DNA of 64,000 nucleotides from Nitrosopumilus sp. GTDB lineage: Archaea > Thermoproteota > Nitrososphaeria > Nitrososphaerales > Nitrosopumilaceae. Of the stretch, positions 24,276 to 34,528 are shown piece by piece (position 1 is the first letter of the stretch; every line of letters starts with the position of its first letter). Under the pieces are notes generated by a model. It was not told the DNA's origin. It ran no database searches and saw only the letters and a program-made list of their open reading frames with translations. Made by a program: the position numbers and the translations under genes. The DNA lies in the NCBI GenBank assembly GCA_965218695.1, contig OZ244651.1, positions 1,472,001 through 1,536,000 of the forward strand. Direction: 5' to 3'.

Positions 24276-25577
24276 ATGGTTATGAACCTGCTCACAATCG
24301 GAGGCACAGATCCCTCGTCGGGTGCGGGAATTCAAAGCGACATCAAGACGTTTTTGGTACTGGGCGCATACGGGTTGACTGCAATCACGGCAATCACTTC
24401 CCAGAACACGTCAGGTTTTGGGAGAGTCAGGCCACTCCCAGGCAGTGCCCTAAAGGAACAGCTGGAGGCAGTCATGTCAGATTTCAGGATCGACGGGATA
24501 AAGATTGGAATGGTGTATGACACGGGAATAATAAAGATGCTGCACCGCATGCTTGGGGGACTGGAGGTTCCCATAGTGGTGGATCCTGTCATCGTCTCAA
24601 CGACCGGCGGAAGGCTGCTCAAAGAGTCTGCCGTGGAAGACTTTCGGAGACTCGTAGTTCCCCTTGCCACAGTCATCACTCCAAACATCTCAGAGGCAGA
24701 GACGCTTGCAGGAGTAAGGATTGGTCCGGAGAATACGCCAGAGAAGGTGGCAGGAATCATCCACAGTATGGGCGCAGGGGGAGTCATAATCACAGGGATC
24801 AAGACCGGCGGCAACACCATATCGGACCTCGTCATGGACGGCACCAAGAGCAGTCTGGTTCCGGGCCGCATGATTGCCGGGACAAACCACGGCAGCGGAT
24901 GCAACTATTCTGCAGCCATGCTGGTGTCGCTTGCAGAGGGGAACACCGTCGCAGAGTCTGCAAGGCAGGCCAAGAAGTTTGCCACGGATTCAATCAGAAA
25001 CGCAATGCATACGGAAGGGACGATTCCGGTGACCGTTCAGGCCGAGGATGCGATTCGCAGCCGCCTGTCAGGTGCAATCCACGGGTTTGTCAGGATCAGG
25101 GACATCTGCAAAAGCATCCCCGAGTGTCAGACAAACTTTGTGTACGCCAAAAGGAACCCAAAGACCGTGGGAGATATCCTTGGCATCTCTGGGAGGATCG
25201 TCAGGGCGGGGGACAGGGCAGTTCTTGCAGGACATCTCAAGTACGGCGGCTCAAAGCACGTGGCAACGGCACTTTACGCGGCAGGCAGAAAGTTCCCACG
25301 GATTCGCTCTGCGATAAATCTGAGGTATCGCGACTCTGCCATACTCAGGGCCAAGAGGGCGGGCATGACAGTATCCCATTATGACAGGAGCCGGGAGCCC
25401 AAAGACGTAAGCGCCACGGGATCCAGCGTGGCATGGGGGATCGGGCGTGCCATCAGGGGCCTTGACGGCCCGCCGGACGTGGTCTTCCACAAGGGTGGCT
25501 ACGGAAAGGAGCCCATGATCATAGTCTTTGGAACGGATCCGGACGACGTCCTGAAGAAGATCCGCAGCATCGTCTAG
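24276..25577 (+). CDS. thiD: bifunctional HMP kinase / thiamine-phosphate synthase ThiDN
   Basis: GTDPSSGAGIQSDIKT, VITPN..EA, HGSGCNYSAA; C-terminal ThiN part IPECQTNFVYA, YGGSKHVA, GGYGKEPM. Confidence 0.93.
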   Translation: MVMNLLTIGGTDPSSGAGIQSDIKTFLVLGAYGLTAITAITSQNTSGFGRVRPLPGSALKEQLEAVMSDFRIDGIKIGMVYDTGIIKMLHRMLGGLEVPIVVDPVIVSTTGGRLLKESAVEDFRRLVVPLATVITPNISEAETLAGVRIGPENTPEKVAGIIHSMGAGGVIITGIKTGGNTISDLVMDGTKSSLVPGRMIAGTNHGSGCNYSAAMLVSLAEGNTVAESARQAKKFATDSIRNAMHTEGTIPVTVQAEDAIRSRLSGAIHGFVRIRDICKSIPECQTNFVYAKRNPKTVGDILGISGRIVRAGDRAVLAGHLKYGGSKHVATALYAAGRKFPRIRSAINLRYRDSAILRAKRAGMTVSHYDRSREPKDVSATGSSVAWGIGRAIRGLDGPPDVVFHKGGYGKEPMIIVFGTDPDDVLKKIRSIV

Positions 25578-25637
25578 GCCTGCGCCGGAATCCACCCTTG
25601 AGCATAAATAAATACACACGTTGCCAAAGCATAATCT

Positions 25638-26339
25638 GTGAAGGCAGTAATTCTGGCAGGTGGCCTGGGCACGAGGCTGCAGCCGTACACCACGTTTCTT
25701 CCAAAACCGATGCTTCCGCTGGGGGAGAAGCCGATCCTAGAGCACATAATAGACTGGGTCGCAGGGCACGACATAAGATCAATCGTATTGTGCGTAAGCT
25801 ATCTCAAGAAGACCATCCAGGACTACTTTGAGGACGGTCAGAGATTTGGGGTGGAGGTCAAGTATGCATCATCGAATAGGCCGCTTGCCACTGCAGGCCA
25901 GCTAAAGACTGCCGAGAGCCTCGTGGATGAAACCTTCGTGTGCATGTACGGCGACTCGATCTTTGACTTTAATCTGGGAGACATGGTATCCCATCACAAC
26001 ATGAGAAAGGCGTTTGTAACCATGGGCCTTAGCGAGTTCAGGACAAACCTTCCATACGGGGTGATCAGGACTTCAGATACTGGAGGCGTGCTTGGGTGGG
26101 ACGAAAAGCCCGAGATCAGCGCGACAGTAAACATGGGATGCTACGTAATGGAGCCAGAAGTGTTTGGGATGATACCGGGTGACGCGCCGTGCGGAATGGA
26201 CGAGATCATCAGGAGGGCCATCGGGGAGAAGAGGCAGGTGGAGAGCTTTATGGCCAAGGACGGATTCACGGACATTGGAGACAGGGCCTCATACAAGAGG
26301 ATACACAGGGAGTACATTGCAAGACTTGGCAGAATCTGA
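25638..26339 (+). CDS. sugar-phosphate nucleotidyltransferase
   Basis: KAVILAGGLGTRLQPYT..PKPMLP. Confidence 0.92.
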   Translation: MKAVILAGGLGTRLQPYTTFLPKPMLPLGEKPILEHIIDWVAGHDIRSIVLCVSYLKKTIQDYFEDGQRFGVEVKYASSNRPLATAGQLKTAESLVDETFVCMYGDSIFDFNLGDMVSHHNMRKAFVTMGLSEFRTNLPYGVIRTSDTGGVLGWDEKPEISATVNMGCYVMEPEVFGMIPGDAPCGMDEIIRRAIGEKRQVESFMAKDGFTDIGDRASYKRIHREYIARLGRI

Positions 26340-26772
26340 CAGCATACGCATAAGGGAGCTGGAGGTAAAAGACATCGCATGCGGGTTTCTTGCCACGCTT
26401 GATGCACTGAGACCGGCAAGCGGCATGGATGTGGACAGGGCCAAGGAGATCCTCGGGAGGATTGACCAGAATCAGAATCACATCATAGTGGTCGCAGAGA
26501 GTGGAGGGACCGTGGTGGGCACGGGCACGCTTTTAATTGAGCCAAAATTCATTCATGACGGCGGGCTGGCAGGACACATCGAGGATGTCGCAGTGCACAG
26601 TGATTTTCAGGGACGCGGGATAGGCAGGATGATCATAATGCACCTTCTCAAGATTGCAGGAGACAGGGGATGCTACAAGACCGTCCTTGACTGTACCGAG
26701 GATGTCAGGCCGTTCTACGAGGAACTCGGGTTCAGACGCGTGGCAGACCAGCTAAGGGTGGATCACCCCTAA
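26326..26772 (+). CDS. GNAT acetyltransferase, glucosamine-6-phosphate N-acetyltransferase (GNA1-like)
   Basis: LIEPKFIHDGG..GHIEDVAV, QGRGIG, GCYKTVLDC, FYEELGF; start inferred at TTG overlapping the upstream gene. Confidence 0.85.
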   Translation: MAESDSIRIRELEVKDIACGFLATLDALRPASGMDVDRAKEILGRIDQNQNHIIVVAESGGTVVGTGTLLIEPKFIHDGGLAGHIEDVAVHSDFQGRGIGRMIIMHLLKIAGDRGCYKTVLDCTEDVRPFYEELGFRRVADQLRVDHP

Positions 26773-27209
26773 AAGTACTCCTTTTTGGGACGGATCTTTT
26801 TGAGCTTCAGCAGGTAGGTGCCAAAGAGCATCACGGGTATGGACAGTACCATGAACAGCAACGGGGTATACACTACGGAGTCTGTCCTGTGCACGTCGCC
26901 TATCCTTCCAGTCAGCATGCTGCACACGTACATTCCCACAAGCAGCACGGCTCCGCCTGCAATTATCATGGCGCCTATAGGCCTTGAGCCATAGTGCCTT
27001 GACATGATGAATGATACTGCTGCAAGTATTCCTGCGGGGGCAGCGCCGATGGATGCAAACTGGATAAGCTTTGGATCCGCCTCAAAGAACTGCACAAGCT
27101 CAAGATCCCGCGGGATGTCGGCCATAAAGTTATAGATTGAGATCATCTCGCCGGCAAACATTCCAAACAGTGCAAGGCTGCCTACTGCGAGCCATTTCTC
27201 AAGAGCCAT
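26769..27209 (-). CDS. membrane protein (4 TM)
   Basis: Four hydrophobic segments and a basic C-terminus; start taken at MALEKW. Confidence 0.8.
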   Translation of the reverse strand: MALEKWLAVGSLALFGMFAGEMISIYNFMADIPRDLELVQFFEADPKLIQFASIGAAPAGILAAVSFIMSRHYGSRPIGAMIIAGGAVLLVGMYVCSMLTGRIGDVHRTDSVVYTPLLFMVLSIPVMLFGTYLLKLKKIRPKKEYF

Positions 27210-27317
27210 GGCTCTCACGTACCGTGATTGATAAATAAACCATTCAAGTTGCATTGCCGCTGATGCGGCGTCGTCCCGGATTGGACATGTAAGAGTCCAT
27301 CATCATACTCCCCATCC

Positions 27318-28328
27318 TCATGATATCCCCACCAGTGCAGAAAACTCCTCCCTGCACGCAGCGCCAAGACGCTTTGCTGCATCCTCAGGCGAGACATCGT
27401 TTAGGAAGATGCCGTATCCCCTTTCCAGTCCGGACCACTGCCGGGTAACAGGATACACCTCTATGTGCCAGTGGATCTGCCGGGTGTTCTTCTTCTCAGG
27501 CGAGAGATGAAACACCATGTTGAACGAGACGTCCTTGACTACGCGCGTTAGCCCTCCCAGGGTGGATCTGATTATCAGGGAGAGATCGTTGATCTCCTTT
27601 TGGGTTATCTTGGAGAAGAGCGTGGTGTGTTTTTTGGGAGATATCCAGAACTCGTACGGATAGGACGACGACCATGGGCAATACGCGATGAACCCGTCTG
27701 TCTGCAGTATCTGCCGGGGGCCTCCGGTCTCATCGGTTATGATCTTGCACATCGGGCAGACGCCGTTCTCGTTTTGCATCCGGTGGTATGACTCAGCCTC
27801 GCCCCCGATCACGGGCGGAATGGTGGAGAATGTAAGCATGTTCAGGTGCGGGTGCCTGGTGTGGCTCCCGGAGAGGGGCCCGTGGTCTGCATAGATTGCA
27901 ACATACCTTACCCCCTTTTGGGCATACAGCCACTTCAGCCTGTCCTGCACCACCACCAGTATGTTGGACCACTGGTCCACGTCGATGGTTGCAAACGTAT
28001 CATCAGGATTCGGGGATGCGACCACGACGTAGTGGTACCCGTATGCAGGCTCGCTGTAGAACACCCCGTCGCCGTACAGGTTCTCAGCATCCACGGACAT
28101 GATGGGGTTGCTGCTAGGAACGACCCTGACGGACCAGCCCTGAACATACTCGCCCTCGCTGTCCTGAAGACGCCGCAGCATTCCGTCCTTTGCGACAAGG
28201 GACAGGACAGACGGGTTTGTGGCAGTCTCGTTTCCAGGCGAGTATGCAGTGTTGTCCTGGTTGGTATCGTCCGAATTGGAGATTATCATAAAGCGCTCAG
28301 ATACGTAATCCTTGCGCATGTTTCCCAT
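27318..28328 (-). CDS. galT: galactose-1-phosphate uridylyltransferase family protein
   Basis: WSVRVVP, AYGYHYVVV, SG..HPH motif, CPMC, HWHIEVYP, GLERG. Confidence 0.88.
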   Translation of the reverse strand: MGNMRKDYVSERFMIISNSDDTNQDNTAYSPGNETATNPSVLSLVAKDGMLRRLQDSEGEYVQGWSVRVVPSSNPIMSVDAENLYGDGVFYSEPAYGYHYVVVASPNPDDTFATIDVDQWSNILVVVQDRLKWLYAQKGVRYVAIYADHGPLSGSHTRHPHLNMLTFSTIPPVIGGEAESYHRMQNENGVCPMCKIITDETGGPRQILQTDGFIAYCPWSSSYPYEFWISPKKHTTLFSKITQKEINDLSLIIRSTLGGLTRVVKDVSFNMVFHLSPEKKNTRQIHWHIEVYPVTRQWSGLERGYGIFLNDVSPEDAAKRLGAACREEFSALVGIS

Positions 28329-28521
28329 AACGGTACTGCAATCTAAAACAGTTAAAATGTTTGCTAAACTGCATCCCGTGATAAACCGTGCAATGCAGGA
28401 AAAGTGCGTACGGATTGGCAGTAAGCCGCCCTGAACATGCTCGCCATGAATGGGGAGGGGCCCAAATGATTACGCTGGAAGATTTAAAGTAGAGCGACAA
28501 ACCGGGACAGACGGGGTATTC

Positions 28522-29811
28522 ATGGATAACTCGGATGTTCACTTGATTTACATTCTGCTGGACGGGGTTGGGGATCTCCCTCACCCGGATCTTGACGGAA
28601 GAACGCCGCTGGAGGCTGCGCACACCCCAATCCTCGACAGGATTGCCTCCAACGGCTCAATAGGCCAGGTAATCTCAGTCGGAAGGGGGATTGCCCCAGA
28701 ATCAGACATTGCAGTCTTTAACATGCTGGGATACAAGTTCAGCCACTCAGACTATGTAGGGCGGGGCGTAATCGAGGCAATAGGAATCGGAATCAACTTC
28801 AAGGACGGGGACCTTGCGCTGCGGGGGAACTATTCGACATTGGATGAGGACGGAATAATCGTAGACCGGAGGGCAGGAAGGCACATCAACAGGGAGGATG
28901 CAGACGGAATCGCAAGGGAGATCGAAGAGGGGGTGAAATTTTCCGAACCCGGAATCTCGGTGGCAGTCGCCCCCACAATAGGACACAGGGTGACAGTCAG
29001 GATAAGGAGGGAGTCGCGCATGCTGTCCTCAAAGATTACCAACACGGATCCGGCCTACAGCAACATCGGAGGAATGGGGGTGGCAAAGGCCGTCGGGGAC
29101 TTTTTGAAGGTTGAAAGGTGCCTGCCTCTTGACGGAACAGAGTCTGCCAGGTCTACTGCAGGAATCGTAAACGAGTTCTCTGAAAAGTCAATCGGCATTA
29201 TGAGGAAGAGTCAGATAAACAGAGACAGGCAGGCACAGGACAGGAAACAGCTCAGATGCATCCTGCTCAGGGATGCCGGAAACAGGTATCCCAACGTCAT
29301 GCCCATCAATGAAAAATACGGCATGAACTTTTCGTGCATAGTGGACATGCCAGTGGAGATCGGAATCTCCAAGGTCCTTAAGATGAAGGCCTTTGAGGCA
29401 GGTGGGCTGACAGACTATGAGGAGAAGGCAAGGGTTGCAGCAGAGGCCATGAAGACCCAGAATGCAATATACGTGCACCTCAAGGGTCCTGACGAATTTG
29501 GTCACGACGGGGACGCAGCGGGCAAGACCAGAAACATTGAGGAGATCGACCGGAGGTTCTTCAAGACGCTTGTCGAGGAGATAGACACAAGCAAGGTCAC
29601 CATAGTCATATCTGCAGACCACTCAACGCCGTGCATCAACAAGGGGCACAGCGACGACCCGGTTCCAATACTCGTCTCAGGGGATCACATCAGAAACGAC
29701 GGAACCACAAGAATGACTGAGAGGCAGGCCAAGGCCGGAAGCATCGGCCTTCTTCAGGGGGCCGACGTACTAGGGACGGCCCTAGGGCTTGTCAAATCTC
29801 AAAGAGGGTAA
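28522..29811 (+). CDS. apgM: cofactor-independent phosphoglycerate mutase (archaeal)
   Basis: LLDGVGD, TPLEAA, HLKGPDEFGHDG, SADHSTP, HSDDPVP. Confidence 0.93.
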   Translation: MDNSDVHLIYILLDGVGDLPHPDLDGRTPLEAAHTPILDRIASNGSIGQVISVGRGIAPESDIAVFNMLGYKFSHSDYVGRGVIEAIGIGINFKDGDLALRGNYSTLDEDGIIVDRRAGRHINREDADGIAREIEEGVKFSEPGISVAVAPTIGHRVTVRIRRESRMLSSKITNTDPAYSNIGGMGVAKAVGDFLKVERCLPLDGTESARSTAGIVNEFSEKSIGIMRKSQINRDRQAQDRKQLRCILLRDAGNRYPNVMPINEKYGMNFSCIVDMPVEIGISKVLKMKAFEAGGLTDYEEKARVAAEAMKTQNAIYVHLKGPDEFGHDGDAAGKTRNIEEIDRRFFKTLVEEIDTSKVTIVISADHSTPCINKGHSDDPVPILVSGDHIRNDGTTRMTERQAKAGSIGLLQGADVLGTALGLVKSQRG

Positions 29812-30352
29812 GGCGGTTTGCCTGCTGCATGTCAAGTGCGTTCTTTCGCATACGGTCAATGTCTATGGAATGGTATGCTGACGGGGAGGTGCCCAGCTTC
29901 TCCAGCACCCTGCGCAGCATTCCGATTCCAATGCGGTGCTCGTCCTTTTGGCCGTGTGCAAACGCAACTGCCATCAGAATGATTCCCTGAACCAGCTCCT
30001 TCTCCCGGCCAAAACACTTCTTCCAGACGCCCTCAAAGGCCTCGTGGCTCTCCCAGAACCTTTCGTTGTTAAAGTAGAATATGCCGTCACGTATTCCCTG
30101 CTCCTTGTCAATCTCCTCCTCAAAGACGTGTCGGATGTTGTCCACGGGGCCTATCGGGGACAGCTTCTCAACCAGCGTGTCAAGATCGTCCTCGTCTACT
30201 GAAACGTCCAGCTCTACAAACCTGTTGGCAACCCTTGCGACCCGTACGGATGCATTCATCTCGGATGCCAGATCCCGGGCCAGGTATACCACCTTGCGGG
30301 AGTCCTCTGAGGAGTATCCGGTGTTCTTCAAGTGAAGCATGTAGCGTTCCAT
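29792..30352 (-). CDS. DUF309 domain protein
   Basis: FNNERFWESHEAFEGVW...QGII. Confidence 0.87.
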   Translation of the reverse strand: MERYMLHLKNTGYSSEDSRKVVYLARDLASEMNASVRVARVANRFVELDVSVDEDDLDTLVEKLSPIGPVDNIRHVFEEEIDKEQGIRDGIFYFNNERFWESHEAFEGVWKKCFGREKELVQGIILMAVAFAHGQKDEHRIGIGMLRRVLEKLGTSPSAYHSIDIDRMRKNALDMQQANRLTLFEI

Positions 30353-30641
30353 GTGTACTGTGGTATGGTGATTTCTTAAATTTCTTACCAAACACGATGC
30401 GTGCTGGGGTCACATACACACGAGTCCGGGCATGCCCCATGCCCGGGCGTGTACCGGTTTCTTCAGATAACCCAAGTGTGATTATGGCGCGACAGGATCA
30501 AGTGGTGATTCAGGCGACATGATGCTTAGCAAGAGGCTCCATGCTCTTGTTTGTATTGAAAGTTTACCAGGATGAGTTCACATTTGGGTTATCTGGTTAT
30601 TCAATCAAGGTTTATATGAAATAGGCAGAGACCTTGGATAC

Positions 30642-30950
30642 ATGTCCGTTGTGGAGTCCGTTGCAGATGTCGACAATACGTTCCTCTCCAGGAGGGAGAT
30701 TACATGCAATTTTACGGGACTTGCAGGCAAACTCAAAAAGCTCGAGGCAGCAGAGATGGTTACCAAAAAGTTCAGCCTGGACGGAAAGGTGGTAATCCCA
30801 ATGAGGCTAAAGACCCAGCTAGGAAAGCCCACAATCACGGGAATCTTTCATGTGTATGATGACGAGGAGCTCGCAAAGAGATACACCAATCCAAAGATTC
30901 TGGCAAGGCTGGACAGGATCAAGGCAGTGGAATCCAAGGAGTCAGAATAA
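30642..30950 (+). CDS. rps24e: 30S ribosomal protein S24e
   Basis: NTFLSRRE, HVYDDEE; followed by S27ae. Confidence 0.85.
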   Translation: MSVVESVADVDNTFLSRREITCNFTGLAGKLKKLEAAEMVTKKFSLDGKVVIPMRLKTQLGKPTITGIFHVYDDEELAKRYTNPKILARLDRIKAVESKESE

Positions 30951-31123
30951 TGGCAGGAAAAAAGGGCATCAGTCCAAGTGTTTCATCGTACTACAAGATA
31001 GAAAATGACGCCATATCAAGGACAAGGAAGAACTGTTCCAGGTGCGGAAGGGGGATATTCATGTCCGAGCACAAGGACAGACACACCTGTGGAAAGTGCG
31101 GCCTGACCGAATTCAAGCAATAA
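30950..31123 (+). CDS. rps27ae: 30S ribosomal protein S27ae (absent from the ORF track)
   Basis: Hand translation ...YYKIE...KNCSRCGRGIFMSEHKDRHTCGKCGLTEF; TAATG overlap with rps24e. Confidence 0.95.
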   Translation: MAGKKGISPSVSSYYKIENDAISRTRKNCSRCGRGIFMSEHKDRHTCGKCGLTEFKQ

Positions 31124-31128
31124 TAGTC

Positions 31129-31146
31129 AGTAGTAGTAGTAGTAGT
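31129..31146. repeat. (AGT)6 microsatellite
   Basis: AGTAGTAGTAGTAGTAGT between convergent stop codons. Confidence 0.8.
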
Positions 31147-31147
31147 G

Positions 31148-31855
31148 CTAATAGAGCCTCTTTGTGCGTATCTTGGAACTCTTCTCTTCAAGCTGCTGTA
31201 TCTTTAAGAGAAGGTCGGGATCGATGCTGATGCTGGAGAGGGACTCGGCAGACAGCTTTACGTTGTTTGCATCCAGCGAGATGTTGAACTTTGGAAGATC
31301 CTTGTCAATCCAGAACTTGGTCACCTTGTCTTCAAGCTTGTAGTCGCGAAAGCCTGCAGGAAACTTCTTTGTGATGTGGTTGAGCAGCGTCCTGTCCTCA
31401 AAGACCGTCCTGGGCTCGATGAGCCTCGTCTCGTCGGCATACACGTTCTCAAACAGGTTTCCGGAGACCTCGTCTGAGAGCAGCCGCATCTTTGAGATCC
31501 GCTGCATCAGCTCAAGGTAGTGCAGGAACTCGTGTGCCAGAACAGCATGAACCGTGCCCCGCAGGCCGTATGCGACAAGCGGGGCGGATATCTGAATGAC
31601 CACCTCAAAGTGCTCCTTGTACATTATTGGGATTGTTCTTGCAAACAGGATCCCGTACTCGAACCGGTTCAGGCCAGGAGAGGATACCACCAGGGACGGC
31701 TCCACGTATGCAACCGGGTACTTTATCCCGGAGGATCTTTCAATGCGGTTTATTCCCGCAACCACGATTGGAAAGCGTTCGGCCACTAGCCTGAAGACCT
31801 TGTAGGGGATGACTCCCTTGGAATGTGCATCTTTGAGGCGTATTAGCGGATCCAA
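31148..31855 (-). CDS. conserved hypothetical protein with HExxH motif
   Basis: VLAHEFLHYL zincin-like motif. Confidence 0.78.
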   Translation of the reverse strand: MDPLIRLKDAHSKGVIPYKVFRLVAERFPIVVAGINRIERSSGIKYPVAYVEPSLVVSSPGLNRFEYGILFARTIPIMYKEHFEVVIQISAPLVAYGLRGTVHAVLAHEFLHYLELMQRISKMRLLSDEVSGNLFENVYADETRLIEPRTVFEDRTLLNHITKKFPAGFRDYKLEDKVTKFWIDKDLPKFNISLDANNVKLSAESLSSISIDPDLLLKIQQLEEKSSKIRTKRLY

Positions 31856-32033
31856 TATTCATCACTTGGCAATCACAGGCTGTGCGGGTATTATTATCAT
31901 GTCCTGTCAGGATCTGGGTTTCCCTGTAGTCTTCTTTTTGCGCGTAGCAGCCAGTTGGTCTGCATGTCTTTGGTGCTTATTTTTTTTTCTCGGTGGCATG
32001 TCATTTGGGACACGTGGTGTTAGTTAATTGTTA

Positions 32034-33179
32034 TCATTGGGGCGGCAACAGCATGATGTCAAGAAAGTCAAACGTGTCGCACCTGCACGAGGTTTCCAGC
32101 GTTTGGGAGACGCCCGGAGACACGTCGTCTCCCAGGACAAATCGCTTGACGGGCAACCCCCCCTCTGCCCGGACAGTCATGGTAAAGCCGGTCGCAGAGG
32201 TCTTTCGGTACTGCAGGGATTTGATCCTCTTCTCGGAACGTTTTCCTGACTTGTCGTAGACTACCACGGGACGTCTTGGAATCTCCCGGAGTCTTCTGAG
32301 GAGCTTCGAGTCGACATGGTCTGCCGTCACCTTCATCCTGATTATAGACTCGAATGCGACAGGCCTTGCCGGCGGCCTGCCGACCACCCGGAACCCGTCT
32401 ACGGATACAGAATCAGACCGCACATGGACAGACTCCGGACTCCGTCGGAGTGGGTTCTTTACCCGTATGAAGAACGGCCTTCCTCCCCCCAGCACCAAGC
32501 TGGACCTGTCCTCTCCGCCTATCCACGTAAACTTGGCAGTGGTGCCCCCCATACCCTCAAAGATGCCCCTGGAGATCATCCCCTCCACGCTGTCAAACTC
32601 GGATATTCCGTGAAGGCTGCAGGTCCGGCACCCCCTCCCGGAGCAGTTCTGGCAGGGCCTTTGTTTCTGGGGAATCCCCCTGACTCTCTTGACGTATCGC
32701 CCGTACAGCGTGACCGGCCTTGAGCGTATGCTGCACGACTCGTCCTTCAGATTCAGCGTGATGGTGACGTCCGGATTCAGGCACTCGGACCTCTTCTGCG
32801 TCCTTCTGGAGAAGGTCCTTGAGAGATTCCTGGTAACGCCTGTCTTTATGCCGTCTGCCCCCTTCAGCCGGTACCGGGACCGGATATGATCATCCCGGTC
32901 CATCATGGACGGCCTGAGAATCGCGCCCAGGCAGAACGTTGAAAATGAATAACGCGACGAGGCCTCAGTCATCATGTCTAAAAGACCGTCCATGTGATCA
33001 AACAGGCCCCGGCAGATATGGCACCTAGAGCCCGAATCCCGGTTTAGCCTCCTTCCAAGAAGTCGGTCAGAGGACAGGTGCATCCGTTTTGAGAAGAGCC
33101 TACCCAGGCAGTAATCACACAGGTCATACTCCCTCAGTATTATGCCGGCAGTAGATGCGGCCTGCTGATAGTCAGACAT
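32034..33179 (-). CDS. pus10: tRNA pseudouridine(54/55) synthase Pus10-like
   Basis: LCDYCLGR, GRYVK..RGIPQ, GGED..S.VLG.GRPF, AEGGLPVKRFV. Confidence 0.9.
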   Translation of the reverse strand: MSDYQQAASTAGIILREYDLCDYCLGRLFSKRMHLSSDRLLGRRLNRDSGSRCHICRGLFDHMDGLLDMMTEASSRYSFSTFCLGAILRPSMMDRDDHIRSRYRLKGADGIKTGVTRNLSRTFSRRTQKRSECLNPDVTITLNLKDESCSIRSRPVTLYGRYVKRVRGIPQKQRPCQNCSGRGCRTCSLHGISEFDSVEGMISRGIFEGMGGTTAKFTWIGGEDRSSLVLGGGRPFFIRVKNPLRRSPESVHVRSDSVSVDGFRVVGRPPARPVAFESIIRMKVTADHVDSKLLRRLREIPRRPVVVYDKSGKRSEKRIKSLQYRKTSATGFTMTVRAEGGLPVKRFVLGDDVSPGVSQTLETSCRCDTFDFLDIMLLPPQ

Positions 33180-33199
33180 GTCGTCATGGTGCCTTGGGG

Positions 33200-34528
33200 C
33201 TATCCCAACCCCATTCGTCTAAGCGTACCCTGCATCTGGCGCCCCCTGGAGGCCTTCATCAGGTTCTTGGAAAGATTGTAGTTTTTGAGGAGATTGTTGA
33301 CGTCCCCTTCGGGCCATCCGGAACCATGGGAGATCCTCTTGACTCGGGATCGTTTGATCAGATCCGGGTTCGCCTTTTCCTGTTCGGTCATGCTCTGAAT
33401 TATATAGCGCCATTTTACAACGTTGGTCTCCATCTGGCTTACACGATCACCCTTTGCCATATCTGCAAACCCCGGCATGTTTTCAATGATCCCCTTCAGG
33501 GAGCCGGCCTTGGTAATCTCCTCCAGCTGGTAAAAAAAGTCATCCATGTTCATCTTTCCGCTGGTGATCCTCTTCATCCTCACGTCGTCCCCTTCAGACT
33601 CCAGTCGTTTTGCCAGGTCCAGAATTGCCTTGATGTCCCCCATTCCAAGAAGGCGTCCGATAAATCTGGTCGGGGAGAACTTTTGGAGATCGTCTATCTT
33701 TTCTCCGGTACCGACGTACATCACGCGTGCGCCGGTTGCAGCAGAGGCTGCAAGCGCCCCCCCACCCTTTGCAGAGCTGTCCAGTTTTGTGACAATCACG
33801 CCGCCCACAGGAATCGTCTTGTGAAACGCCTCTGCCTGGCTGTAGCACCGCCGTCCGATGGTACCGTCTATTACAAGCAGCGCCAGATCCGGATCGGCGA
33901 CATCCTTGATTCTGGTCATCTCGTCAAGCAGATCCCGCTCCTCCTTGTGGCGGCCGGCAGTATCGATAAGAATGATCTCCAAGGGCTGTCCTGCAAAATG
34001 CTTCAGCCCCTTCCGGACAATGTCAGGAGAGTCCTTGTTCTTCTCATCGCCATACACGTCCACGTTGGATTTTTGGCACATTGTCCTGAGCTGGGCCAAC
34101 GCGCCAGGCCTGTAGGTGTCAGCCCCGATCACCCCCACCTTGTACCCCTGCCGGGTCAGGAACCGGGCAAGTTTTGAGGCGGTAGTGGTCTTGCCGCTGC
34201 CCTGGATTCCAAGCAGGATTATCTTGTTCTGTCTTCCCGGTTTGAAATCAAACTCAGACTCGTTTCCCAGCAGGCCCGAAAGCTCGTCATAGAGAATCTT
34301 GACTATGTGATCCTTTCGCGACAGGCCCGGGGGCGGTGTCTCGTGCAGCGCGCGATCCTCAAGACGCGCCGTAACATCCAGAACCAGCTTGTAATCGACA
34401 TCCGAGTGTATCAGAGCCCTTTGCACATCCATTGCAAGATCCTTTATGAGATCATCGTCTATGCCAGATGAGCGGACAACCTTCCGGATTGCAGCACCCA
34501 GGCTATCCCTTAGTCCGTCAAGCATCAT
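33200..34528 (-). CDS. srp54: signal recognition particle protein SRP54
   Basis: GIQGSGKTT, DTAGR, TKLD, Met-rich M domain (IIQSMT..EK, SRVKRISHGSG). Confidence 0.97.
   Translation of the reverse strand: MMLDGLRDSLGAAIRKVVRSSGIDDDLIKDLAMDVQRALIHSDVDYKLVLDVTARLEDRALHETPPPGLSRKDHIVKILYDELSGLLGNESEFDFKPGRQNKIILLGIQGSGKTTTASKLARFLTRQGYKVGVIGADTYRPGALAQLRTMCQKSNVDVYGDEKNKDSPDIVRKGLKHFAGQPLEIILIDTAGRHKEERDLLDEMTRIKDVADPDLALLVIDGTIGRRCYSQAEAFHKTIPVGGVIVTKLDSSAKGGGALAASAATGARVMYVGTGEKIDDLQKFSPTRFIGRLLGMGDIKAILDLAKRLESEGDDVRMKRITSGKMNMDDFFYQLEEITKAGSLKGIIENMPGFADMAKGDRVSQMETNVVKWRYIIQSMTEQEKANPDLIKRSRVKRISHGSGWPEGDVNNLLKNYNLSKNLMKASRGRQMQGTLRRMGLG

Noticed and set aside
31907-31999. Short basic ORF MPPRKKNKHQ... 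between pus10 and the hypothetical gene
   Set aside because: It is only about 30 aa and crosses an A9 run; it could be a small or frameshifted gene but cannot be supported without homologs.
33155-34177. 340-aa plus-strand ORF, and similar long shadows such as 46245-47060 and 49551-50141
   Set aside because: They are antisense to well-supported genes (srp54, aldo/keto reductase, hemA) and carry no motifs.
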